Source: Macrostomum lignano
Lineage: Eukaryota
DNA length: 64,000 nt
NCBI GenBank assembly: GCA_002269645.1
Contig: NIVC01001840.1
Location: 1 to 64,000 of the forward strand
Reading direction: 5' to 3'
Below the pieces are notes generated by a model. That model had not been told where the DNA came from. It made no database searches and was given only the letters and a program-made list of their open reading frames with translations. Each line of letters starts with the position of its first letter. Position 1 is the first letter of the stretch. The position numbers were made by a program, and so were the translations under genes. This document shows positions 48,480 to 59,513 of the stretch, piece after piece.

Positions 48480-48930
48480 AAGATAAGATTAGATGAGATT
48501 AAGTCACAGATTAGATTAAATGAGATGAAATGAGATAAGACCATACTAGAGTAGATAAGATGATACGAGCATACTAATTGAGATAAGGTCAATAAACACT
48601 AGATCGGATGAGATGAGATAAGGTCACACTAGATTGGATGAGATGAGATAAGATCACACTAGATTGGATGAGATGAGATAAAGTCACACTAGATTAGATA
48701 AGATGAGATAAGGTCACACTAGATTAGATGAGATGAGATAAGGTCACACTAGATTAGATGAGATGAGATAAGGTCACACTAGATTGGATGAGATGTCGAG
48801 ATGAGATAAGGTCACACTAGATTGGATGAGATGAGATAAGATCATTCTAGATTAGATGAGATGAGATAGGATCACACTAGATTAGATGAGATGAGATAAG
48901 ATGACACTAGATTGGATGAGGTCATACTAC
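48480..48930. repeat. 30-bp minisatellite (GATGAGATGAGATAAGGTCACACTAGATTA)
   Basis: Period 30. Shares GTCAC(A)CTAGATTAG with the 17760 array. Confidence 0.95.
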
Positions 48931-49449
48931 GAGCTGGTAGATAGAGCTAGATAATGAATAAATCATTTAATAAAATGAAAAATGTATAGATTCATAGAGA
49001 TTAGATTAGATTAGATCAGATCAGACTATTCTACTATATTGATTAATTAGGAAAGTGAAAATGTGCCAGCCCAATAGCTACAGCAGCTATTAATAACTAT
49101 GTTATGCTATAAAGTGTTCAACCCTGGCCAAGAGTCAAATTTGAAACGAAATAAAAAAGCAGAAACTCCAGCTTGCACTCCGTCCACAATTTGCTATTCT
49201 CCTATCGGCTCCTCCTGCCGTGGACACCTTTAAACGAAGATTTGGAATAGAAACTCGACCACGTGAAGTTAGTATACAGCTCTAAAAAAATTCTCAGTGT
49301 GCACAAACTAGCATATTTATAATATTGTAATTTTTCTCATAATTAAAGTATTCATAAATTTTGTCTTTCTAACGAATCTTTATAGAAAATAAGTATGAGG
49401 CTCTCGTCTAAAATTATGAGCAGTAAAATTATGATGATTCTGAGAGACT

Positions 49450-50700
49450 AGATTCAACTCTAAGCGACTAGATTAGGCACTGAGAGACCAGAGTAGATTC
49501 TGAGACACTAGATTAGAGTCTGGGAGACTAGAATAGATTATGAGAGACTAGAATAGATAATGAGAGACTAGAGTAGATAATGAGAGACTAGAGTAGATAA
49601 TGAGAGACTAGAGTAGATAATGAGAGACTAGAGTAGATAATGAGAGACTAGAGTAGATAATGAGAGACTAAAGTAGAAATGAGAGACTAGAGTAGATAAT
49701 GAGAGACTAAAGTAGAAATGAGAGACTAGAATAGATAATGAGAGACTAGAGTAGATAATGAGAGACTAGAGTAGATAATGAGAGACTAGAGTAGATAATG
49801 AGAGACTAGAGTAGATAATGAGAGACTAAAGTAGAAATGAGAGACTAGAGTAGATAATGAGAGATTAGAGTAGATAATGAGAGACTAAAGTAGAAATGAG
49901 AGACTAGAGTAGATAATGAGAGACTAGAGTAGATAATGAGAGACTAAAGTAGAAATGAGAGACTAGAGTAGATAATGAGAGACTAGAGTAGATAATGAGA
50001 GACTAAAGTAGAAATGAGAGACTAGAGTAGATAATGAGAGACTAGAGTAGATAATGAGAGACTAAAGTAGATAATGAGAGACTAAAGTAGAAATGAGAGA
50101 CTAGAATAGATAATGAGAGACTAGAGTAGATAATGAGAGACTAGAGTAGATAATGAGAGACTAGAGTAGATAATGAGAGACTAGAGTAGATAATGAGAGA
50201 CTAAAGTAGAAATGAGAGACTAGAGTAGATAATGAGAGACTAGAGTAGATAATGAGAGACTAAAGTAGAAATGAGAGACTAGAGTAGATAATGAGAGACT
50301 AGAGTAGATAATGAGAGACTAAAGTAGAAATGAGAGACTAGAGTAGATAATGAGAGACTAGAGTAGATAATGAGAGACTAAAGTAGAAATGAGAGACTAG
50401 AGTAGATAATGAGAGACTAGAGTAGATAATGAGAGACTAGAGTAGATAATGAGAGACTAAAGTAGAAATGAGAGACTAGAGTAGATAATGAGAGACTAGA
50501 GTAGATAATGAGAGACTAGAGTAGATAATGAGAGACTAAAGTAGAAATGAGAGACTAGAGTAGATAATGAGAGACTAGAGTAGATAATGAGAGATTAGAG
50601 TAGATAATGAGAGATTAGAGTAGATAATGAGAGACTAAAGTAGAAATGAGAGACTAGAGTAGATAATGAGAGATTAGAGTAGACACTAAGAGACTAGAAT
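49450..50700. repeat. 20/19-bp minisatellite (GAGAGACTAGAGTAGATAAT / GAGAGACTAAAGTAGAAAT), ~60 copies
   Basis: Highly homogeneous; 20-bp and 19-bp variants are interleaved. Confidence 0.98.
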
Positions 50701-51469
50701 AGGTTCCGAAAAACTAAAGTAGATAGTCAGAGACCAGAATAGATTAGATCTTGAGATACACTAGAATAGATTAGGCAAAATCGGTGAGACTAGAGTAGAT
50801 TCTGTGACTAGATCAAGAACTACGAGGGATTAGTTATCTTTTTTATCTGAACTAAAATTTCTGCATTGGCTGTCTTCTGAGAGCTCGAGAGTTTTGCAGT
50901 CTATTTTTTTCAATTAATAGTAGAATTTTAACCCAACTCCAACTCAAAGTCAAGTGGATAGCCGAATGCTTTATTCTCTTTTGTCGGCGATCCTCAATCG
51001 AAAGTTAAGTGGATTCAAGGCAGCTACGACTTGTCTTGTGTGTGTGTGTGTGCGCGGTTTTGGCGCCTCTGTTAGACCCGAAACGAGGCTATTCGGACTG
51101 CATTCTTCCTTGGGAAGCCAATCCCCTAGTGAGTGCTATGCATGGCAACAGACAAAATATAATATTACCCATCTTAGACAGCGGGGGACAAGCGAGTCAA
51201 ACGAAAAAGAAACGCCAATTATAAGCTCTTTGTACAAGAAGCCTAAAGCTGCGAGAGAAAATTCCGAAAAAACTGCGAGTTTGTCAAAAACGCCTTGTCT
51301 GACTGCCCGGTCAGTTTGGAATGCCAAGGCTGGAATGCTTGAAGCTTTCAGCCCATACTTGCCCACATTCGCCTAGGCTGTTTTGTCAAGCTGTTGAATG
51401 TGCCGAGCACCTTCTATATTTACACGGATACGGATGTAGGTAGAGAGTTTTAAAGGTGAGAGACGAGTG

Positions 51470-52560
51470 TAGATTTCGAGAGTAGATTCTGAGAGACCAT
51501 AGTAGATTCTGAGAGACATTAAGAGTAGATTCTGATACATTAGAGTAGATTCTGAGAGACGTTAGAGTATATTCTGATCGACTAGAGTAAATTCTGAGAG
51601 ATTAAAGTAGATTTTGAGAGATTAGAGCAGATTCTGAGAGACTAGAGAAGATTCTAAGAGACTAAAGTAGATTCTAAGAGACTAGAGTAGATTCTAAGAG
51701 ACTAGAGTAGATTTTGAGAGATAAGAGTGGATTCGGAGACACTAGAGTAGATTCTGAGAGACTAGAGTAAATTCTGAGATATTAGAGTAGACTTCGAGAG
51801 ACTAAAGTAGATTATGAGATACTAGAGTAGATTCTGAGACACTAGTGTAGATTCTGAGACATTAGAGTAGATTCTGAGACACTAGTGTAGATTCTGAGAC
51901 ATTAGAGTAGATTCTGAGACACTAGTGTAGATTCTGAGACATTAGAGTAGATTCTGAGAGACTAGAGTAAATCTGAGAGATTAGAGTAGATTTTGAGAGA
52001 TTAGAGTAGATTCTGAGAGACACTAGAGTAGATTCTGAGAGACTAGAGTAAATTCTGAGAGATTACAGTAGATTTTGAGAGATTAGAGTAGACTTCGAGA
52101 GACTAAAGCAGATTTTGAGAGAATAGACTTGGATACACTTCGGGTAGATTCTAAGAGATTAGAATATATTCTAAACTCTTGAGTAATTTCTGAGAGACTA
52201 GAGTAGATTCTGAGAGATTAGAGTAGATTCGGAGACACTAGAGTAGACTCTGAGAGACTAGAGTACATTCTGAGATATTAGAGTAGATTGTGAGAGACTA
52301 GAGTAGATTCTGAGAGACTAGAGTAGATTCTGAGAGACTAGAGTAGATTCTGAGAGACTAGAGTAGATTCTGAGAGACTAGAGTAGATTCTGAGAGACTA
52401 GAGCAGATTTGGAGAGAATAGACTTGGATAGCCTTCGGGTAGATTCTGAGACTGTAGAATGTAGAATGTAGAATCTGAGAGACTTCGGGTAGATTCTGAG
52501 AAGCTGGACTAGATTAGATCTTTAGACACATTAGAATAGACTAAAAGAGAGTCTGAGAGA
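51470..52560. repeat. 20-bp degenerate minisatellite (GAGAGACTAGAGTAGATTCT), sister of 49450-50700
   Basis: Same GAGAGACTAGAGTAGAT core, more diverged. Confidence 0.95.
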
Positions 52561-53239
52561 CTATTGAAAATCTAATAAAAAACTAAACACAGAAATTAAG
52601 AAATGAGATACGAATGCAAAGAAAAGCAAGGAGGTAAAATGTAGGATTAGATAATTATTCAAGCACTCCACTGGACTGGACGGCACGCACCTTACAGCAA
52701 AAGATATGAGCCCAGATGCTTCCTGAATGTCAGCCAGCCGCATTACCAAATATTTCTCCATCTCGCTGGAGCTTTCACTCTCTGGCGGTGCCTCACAGGA
52801 ACTTTCAACCATGAGTCATCCGCTGCTTGTAGGAGAGCGGGAGGAGGGGTTCACAAAAATCCCCTTCAATATTCATTCCACTCTCCCTTTTTTGTCGAAG
52901 AAGTCTTCCTAAAGCTCTCTGCCAATCAGGAATTCCGTCTATGCGCAGAATGAGTTTTGAGCAGGGGAAAATGTCAAGACAGGTCGTAATAGAGTTCTGA
53001 GCACAAGAAATGTCTCTCGTGGTTTGCCACGGGCAGCCTCTTTAAAGATGACAGATCTTGCTGGCTACTCAGCAGAACAGGAAGTATAAATTTGCTTTTT
53101 TGCTTCAGTTTGGCACTGGGAGGAAATGGATTTAAATTGGTCAGTTCCTGATGCGCTCAAGGATTTGAGAAGGCTAGTTGACGGGAATTCGATGGCCTGA
53201 TGTGAACTGAAGCCGATGTTTAGTTTTTGCCCAGTTTTG

Positions 53240-54186
53240 TTCCCATGGTACTCCTGTCCCCTGTTCCCCATGCAGACAGATCCCATTCCCCTGTTCCCCA
53301 TGCAGACAGATCCCATTCCCCTGTTCCCCATGCAGACAGATCCCATTCCCCTGTTCCCCATGCAGACAGATCCCATTCCCCTGTTCCCCATGCAGACAGA
53401 TCCCATTCCCCTGTTCCCCATGCAGACAGATCCCATTCCCCTGTTCCCCATGCAGACAGATCCCATTCCCCTGTTCTTCATGCAGACAGATCCCATTCCC
53501 CTGTTCCCCATGGCGCCTCTCTGTTCCCCATGGCGCCTCTCTCTGTTCCCCATGGCGCCTCTCTCTGTTCCCCATGGCGCTTCTCTCTGTTCCCCATGGC
53601 GCCTCTCTCTGTTCCCCATGGCGCCTCTCTCTGTTCCCCATGGCGCCTCTCTCTGTTTCCCATGGCGCCTCTCTCTGTTTCCCATGGCGCCTCTCTCTGT
53701 TTCCCATGGCGCCTCTCTCTGTTCCCCATGGCGCTTCTCTCTGTTCCCCATGGCGCTTCTCTCTGTTCCCCATGGCGCTTCTCTCTGTTCCCCATGGCGC
53801 CTCTCTCTGTTCCCCATGGCGCCTCTCTCTGTTCCCCATGGCGCCTCTCTCTGTTCCCCATGGCGCTTCTCTCTGTTCCCCATGGCGCCTCTCTCTGTTC
53901 CCCATGGCGCCTCTCTCTGTTCCCCATGGCGCCTCTCTCTGTTCCCCATGGCGCTTCTCTCTGTTCCCCATGGCGCCTCTCTCTGTTCCCCATGGCGCCT
54001 CTCTCTGTTCCCCATGGCGCCTCTCTCTGTTCCCCATGGCGCTTCTCTGTGTTCCCCATGGCGCTTCTCTGTGTTCCCCATGGCGCCTCTCTCTGTTCCC
54101 CATGGCGCCTCTCTCTGTTCCCCATGGCGCCTCTCTCTGTTCTCCATGGCGCCTCTCTGTTCTCCATGGCGCCTCTCTGTTCTCCA
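53240..54186. repeat. Compound minisatellite: 30-bp unit (CCCCATGCAGACAGATCCCATTCCCCTGTT) switching to a 22-bp unit (CCCCATGGCGCCTCTCTCTGTT)
   Basis: The switch is at ~53510; both units share CTGTTCCCCATG. Confidence 0.97.
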
Positions 54187-54654
54187 AGAATTAAAAATTT
54201 TCGCAGCTGTGCGCGTGACAGCCTGTTTCGTAAAATCGATATATTCTCTTAGATAACTGGAGTTTTAATAGGAATATGTCTCACCGAGAATAATAAATCA
54301 TATCTAACAATCGCTGAGCCGTGGCCAAACCACGCGTCGTGGCGCAGATGAATCCACAGAAGCGAAAATTCACCTGTCAAATTGCAGCTCGAAGCCAGCG
54401 CGCGGTTTTGACATTGCTGATGAATCAAATTGATAATAACTGCATGCAATGTGGCTTACGGCTGGCCATTGGAGCCTGAGCTTATAGGCTCAGATAGTTG
54501 AAGACTTGCTGGGATCGAAAGGGCTTACGCTTTATCGCAATGATTCAGCCAACGGTCTCCTTAAGCCTCATTAAAGATCTTTAGGCACAGATTCTAGATT
54601 GTGTCAAATTGAGTCGTATGTGTAGTTTGAGAGGCTCTTATATTATCTTCTTAG

Positions 54655-54850
54655 GCAGTTAGAATTGGTCAATGTTATACTGGCGCAATATTAGCTTATT
54701 AGGCTATTAGAATTAGTCAATAATTCATTGGCACCATATATTAGCTATTAGGCTATTAGAATTAGTCAATAATTCATTGGCACCATATATTAGCTATTAG
54801 GCTATTTGAATTAGTCAATAATATATTGGCGCCATACATTAGCTTCTGAT
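54655..54850. repeat. 49-bp repeat, ~4 copies (ATTAGCTATTAGGCTATTAGAATTAGTCAATAATTCATTGGCACCATAT)
   Basis: Period 49 measured (54711 to 54760). Confidence 0.88.
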
Positions 54851-55880
54851 CTTACACAGATGTTTAACCGAGGCTACTAAATTAAATAGAACAAGTTTGG
54901 CGATATGTTGCGTAAAAATATTCGCAAATCAGAAATTTTCATGACGGACACAAATAAATGTCGTAGCAGGCGGTATTTCGTCTAAAGAGGTCAACCCACT
55001 TCTTCCAAATTGTCCTTTATTGTCCTTTACTTTGCCTGCCGTCCTATTTTGTTTTCAATTCAGCTCTTGCACATGCTTTTAAACTGAATATATAGTTAAC
55101 ATGTATATTTGTTATGCAGCGTGCTGGCATAAGGAAATAGCAGGCGCATTAGTGAAAGCCAAACAGGAACGAAGCGAACCCCCTCACCAGTGTTATCTTG
55201 GGTCGTTAGAGGGGCCGCCACTTTTCCCCTTTTTCCTATTCCTCCGTCACCCTCTTCAAGCCCCCACTCTCTCACCCCTAGCCTAGCTCCCGGGGACACC
55301 TAATTGAATCTAGCAATCGTCTCTTCTTTTCTGGGGCCGAGGTTTTCCCCAATTTCTCTTCTATCCACGGCTTCGAACGTTTGTCAAGGAGCGAGGGCCT
55401 TTTGAGAGGTTGCAGTCTCGCTGTGTGTGTGCGGTGCTATGATCAGCAGAAACTGTTATACATCATGCATTCTGCGTTTTGTGCTCGGGTCCGTTAACTC
55501 AACATGCATGACCAGCTAGAATGAGAAGAGAAATGGCAGAGAAACTTTAATTGCTTCTTCCGTCTCTTTATTTTCTACTTGGGCCCGGGCACATGGATGA
55601 ATGAATTCATCCATGCCCGGGCATCGACTACTTTATTCCCAAGTTGGGAATAAATACGTTTCTGCAGTTTATGGCACCGGTCCAAGTGTAGTAAATACAT
55701 CATTCCCCACTTATCTATGTTCGCGAACTGCTTGTGAGCTCTATGGGCCGAAGCGAAGCCTGATCATTTTATCTAAACAGTAGCGTCTTCAAGCTACTAT
55801 AAGTAGAGTGTTGATCAATCAAACAGAATTTTTTATTTTATCAGTAAAATTTCGATTTGAACTACTCTAATTCTTTGTAG

Positions 55881-56291
55881 TTGCCCCTTCAACGGACGTC
55901 CTTACCGATACAAGTAAAAGCAGCAATAGCGAAAGCAGCAACAACCTAAAAAGCAACAGCAGCTTAGCCAGCTCAGCTGCCGCTTACCTGGCCAAAATCA
56001 GGCAGCTCGAGTCGGAGCCTCTGCCAGACGATGGCCGCGGCGGCAGCTGCTTGGAGAGGCGAAGTCGCTGCTTCGACAATCCGACCTGCGCAGCGGACGC
56101 CAGAGCCTTTCAGGACAGGTGCGGCTTCGACGATATCAGCAAGTGCCCGGGCCAACGGGCAGCCTGCCTGCAGTCTTACGAAGCCCTGCGGAATCACGGC
56201 TTGATACCCTGCACCTGTCTGAACTATACTCGCGCTGAGAGATTGCAGTGCGATAGGATTCGACGCGTTTATCCGGGAAATGTTTGCTTAA
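55881..56291 (+). CDS. Gfrl: GFRa-like exon 4: Ser-rich linker and GFRa domain 2
   Basis: Acceptor TTCTTTGTAG|. Contains ..GGSCLERRSRCFDNPTCAADARAFQDRCGFDDISKCPGQRAACLQSYEALRNHGLIPCTCLNYTRAERLQCDRIRRVYPGNVCL (10 Cys). Donor A|GTGAGC at 56292. 411 nt, phase 1-1. Confidence 0.9.
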
Positions 56292-56325
56292 GTGAGCGAG
56301 GGCTATTCTATATTACTGATGGCTA

Positions 56326-57199
56326 ATATAGACACCTGAGGGCTGATATGGAGACACCTGAGGGCTAATATAGACACACCTGAAGGCTAATATAGACACA
56401 CCTGAGGACTAATATAGACACCTGAGGGCTGATATGGAGACACCTGAGGGCTAATATAGACACACCTGAAGGCTAATATAGACACACCTGAGGGCTAATA
56501 TAGACACACCTGAGGGCTAATATAGACACACCTTAGGGCTTAAATAGACACACCTGATGGCTAATGAAGACACAACTGAGGGCTAATATAGACACACCTG
56601 AGGGCTAATATAAACACACCTGAGGGCTAATAATCACACCTGAGGGCTGATATAGACACACCTGAGGGGTAATATAAACACCTGAAGGCTGATACAGACA
56701 CCTGAGGGCTTATATAGATAACACCTGATGGCGAATATAGACACACCTGAGGGCTTATATAGACACACCTGAGGGCTTATATAGACACCTGAAGGCTGAT
56801 ATAGACACCTGAGGGCAAATATAGACACACCTGAGGGCTGATATAGACACCTGAGGGCTGATATAGACACACCTGAGGGCTGATAAAGACACACCTGAGG
56901 GCTGATATAGACACCTGAGGGCTTATATAGACACCTGAGGGCTAATATAGACACCTGAGGGCTGATATAGACACACCTGCGGGCTAATATAGACACCTGA
57001 GGGCTGATATAGACACACCTGAGGGCTAATATAGACACACCTGAGGGCTAATATAGACACCTGAGGGCTGATATAGACACCTGAGGGCTAATATAGACAC
57101 ACCTGAGGGCTAATATAGAGACACCTGAGGGCTAATATAAACACACCTGAGGGCTGATATAGACACACCTGAGGGCTGATATAGACACACCTGAGGGCT
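56326..57199. repeat. 20/22-bp minisatellite (GACACACCTGAGGGCTAATATA) filling intron 4
   Basis: About 40 copies; starts ~35 bp after the donor and ends ~50 bp before the acceptor. Confidence 0.97.
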
Positions 57200-57251
57200 T
57201 AAAGTGCATGCCAGGATGTGTCTGAAGTCTGAACCCTCCACCCGACGCCAG

Positions 57252-57431
57252 GATTCTTCAACGACGCCTACAATATCGGTCTGTTGCACCCGAAGTCGTC
57301 CAAGGATCCGCAGCAGCAAATCGGTGCTGGCAGTCCAGACGATGACAGAAAGTCGCCAGATTCAGAAGCCGTTGTCAAGTCTAGCGTAGGCGCATCGGTT
57401 ATTCATCCTTCAGCATTTCAGTTGATCAAAT
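57252..57431 (+). CDS. Gfrl: GFRa-like exon 5: inter-domain linker
   Basis: Acceptor CCCGACGCCAG|. Open frame FFNDAYNIGLLHPKSSKDPQQQIGAGSPDDDRKSPDSEAVVKSSVGASVIHPSAFQLIK. Donor T|GTAAGA at 57432. 180 nt, phase 1-1 fits both neighbours. Confidence 0.7.
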
Positions 57432-57494
57432 GTAAGAATGAAGTTTTAAACACTAAATAATGCACTATGAGTAGAGCAAAATGAATCAATTGTA

Positions 57495-58015
57495 AAAGTG
57501 AATCAGTCCATCAGCATCTGTGAATGAGTGAATCACTCCATCAGCATCTGTGAATGAGTGAATCACTCCATCAGCATCTGTGAATGAGTGAATCACTCCA
57601 TCAGCATCTTTAAATGAGTGAATCACTCCATCAGCATCTTTAAATGAGTGAATCACTCCATCAGCATCTGTGAATGAGTGAATCACTCCATCAGCATCTG
57701 TGAATGAGTGAATCACTCCATCAGCATCTGTGAATGAGTGAATCACTCCATCAGCATCTGTGAATGAGTGAATCACTCCATCAGCATCTGTGAGTGAGTG
57801 AATCACTCCATCAGGATTTGTGAATATGTGAATCCCTATAAGTTCATCTGTGAATGAGTGAATCACTCCATCAGAATCTGTGAATATGTGAATCCCTATA
57901 AGTTCATCTGTGAATGAGTGCATCACTCCATCAGCATCTGTGAATGAGTGAATCACTCCATCAGCATCTGTGAATATGTGAATCCCTATAAGTTCATCTG
58001 TGAATGAGTGAATCA
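57495..58015. repeat. 30-bp minisatellite (GAATCACTCCATCAGCATCTGTGAATGAGT) filling intron 5
   Basis: Period 30, ~17 copies. Confidence 0.97.
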
Positions 58016-58047
58016 CCCCCCCCCCCAATTAAAAACACCCTCGGCAG

Positions 58048-58617
58048 CGGCCAACTGTTTCGAAGTCTACCAGAGCTGCGTTCGACATTTCGACTGTCTC
58101 CAACGCTTCATCGCCCTGGCCCAGGCCTGCGAGTGGATGTCCGGCGCCGGGTCCTGTCGCGACCGCGCCCTCTGCCTCGGCCAGCTCGAAGCCTTCTACG
58201 CCTACGCGGATCGGTTCGCCAACGACGCGGCCACCTGCGGCTGTCCGGCTGACGACTCCGATTGTCAGCAGATGTCCGACATTTTCCGGCCGCGCTGCGC
58301 CTACGAGCCGCCAAGTGGAACGCCTGTCGACTGCGTCCAGCTGGTGGAGTCTTGCCGAGCCAGTCGCGGCTGTCAGGCCAAGCTGGTTCACTACAGCCAC
58401 GCCTGCGACGCCAGGAACAGAGCCGGCGAGTTGGCCGCCTGCACGCCGGATCAGCCGCTCAGGTGTCACCGAATGCGCCGACTGTTGCTAGGCAGCGAGC
58501 TCACCCAGCGGTGCAGCTGCGGCGGCGACAATGGCAGGAAATTAGCGAGCTCCAGACTGTGGCGTAGGCCGCTTTGCCTGGAGCTGCGGGCTCTCCTGAC
58601 TGAGCCGATTTGCTTGC
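58048..58617 (+). CDS. Gfrl: GFRa-like exon 6: GFRa domains 3 and 4
   Basis: Two 10-Cys domains: NCFEVYQSC..C..C..C..C..CGC..C..PRC and DCVQLVESC..C..C..C..C..CSC..C..EPIC. Acceptor CTCGGCAG|, donor C|GTGAGT at 58618. 570 nt, phase 1-1. Confidence 0.93.
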
Positions 58618-59108
58618 GTGAGTCACTCTATGAGCTGTCTGGTAATGAGTGAGTCACTCTATGAGCTGTCTGGTAATGAGTGAGTCACTCTATGAGCTGT
58701 CTGGTAATGAGTGAGTCACTCTATGAGCTGTCTGGTAATGAGTGAGTCACTCTATGAGCTGTCTGGTAATGAGTGAGTCACTCTATGAGCTGTCTGAGAA
58801 TGAGTGAGTCACTCTATGAGCTGTCTGGTAATGAGTGAGTCACTCTATGAGCTGTCTGAGAATGAGTGAGTCACTCTATGAGCTGTCTGGAAACGAGTGA
58901 GTCAATCTATGAGCTGTGAGCTGTCTGGGAATGAGCGAGTCACTCTATGAGCTGTCTGGTAATGAGTGAGTCACTCTATGAGCTGTCTGAGAATGAGTGA
59001 GTCGCTCTATGAGCTGTCTGAGAATGGGTGAGTCACTCTATGAGCTGTCTGAGAATGGGTGAGTCACTCTATGAGCTGTGTAAGAATGAGTGATTGGCTT
59101 TATGAGCT
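58618..59108. repeat. 31-bp minisatellite (GTGAGTCACTCTATGAGCTGTCTGGTAATGA) beginning exactly at the splice donor
   Basis: The first unit supplies the GTGAGT donor. About 15 copies, most containing TGAGTCA. Confidence 0.97.
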
Positions 59109-59149
59109 GTTTAATAAATTAGTGAGTTAGTCACTGTCAGTACCCGTAA

Positions 59150-59475
59150 TAGGTGAATCACTATCATCACCTGTGAATGCATTAATCACTGCATCACCAC
59201 CTGTAAATGTATGAATCACTGCAGCATCACCTGAGAATGCATGAATCATTGCATCATCACCTGTGAATGCGTGAATCACTGCATCATCACCTGTGAATGC
59301 GTGAATCACTGCATCATAACCTGTAAATGCATGAATCACTGCATCAACACCTGAGAATGCATGAATCACTGCATCATCACCTGTGAATGTGTGAATCACT
59401 GCATCATTACCTGTGATTGTGTGAATCACTGCATCATCACCTGTGAATGCATGAACCACTCTATCATCACCTGGG
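59150..59475. repeat. 30-bp minisatellite (GAATCACTGCATCATCACCTGTGAATGCAT)
   Basis: Period 30; homologous to the 57495 unit; ends ~40 bp before the acceptor at 59513. Confidence 0.96.
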
Positions 59476-59513
59476 AGTAATCATCATCCCCTCCTTCCCT
59501 GCCTACTCCCCAG

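Noticed and set aside
52561-52960. Minus-strand coding-like segment (MVESSCEAPPE..) with a GCT|GTAAGG donor
   Set aside because: The upstream frame is interrupted by a stop or frameshift, no homology is recognised, and it lies antisense in a GFRL intron.
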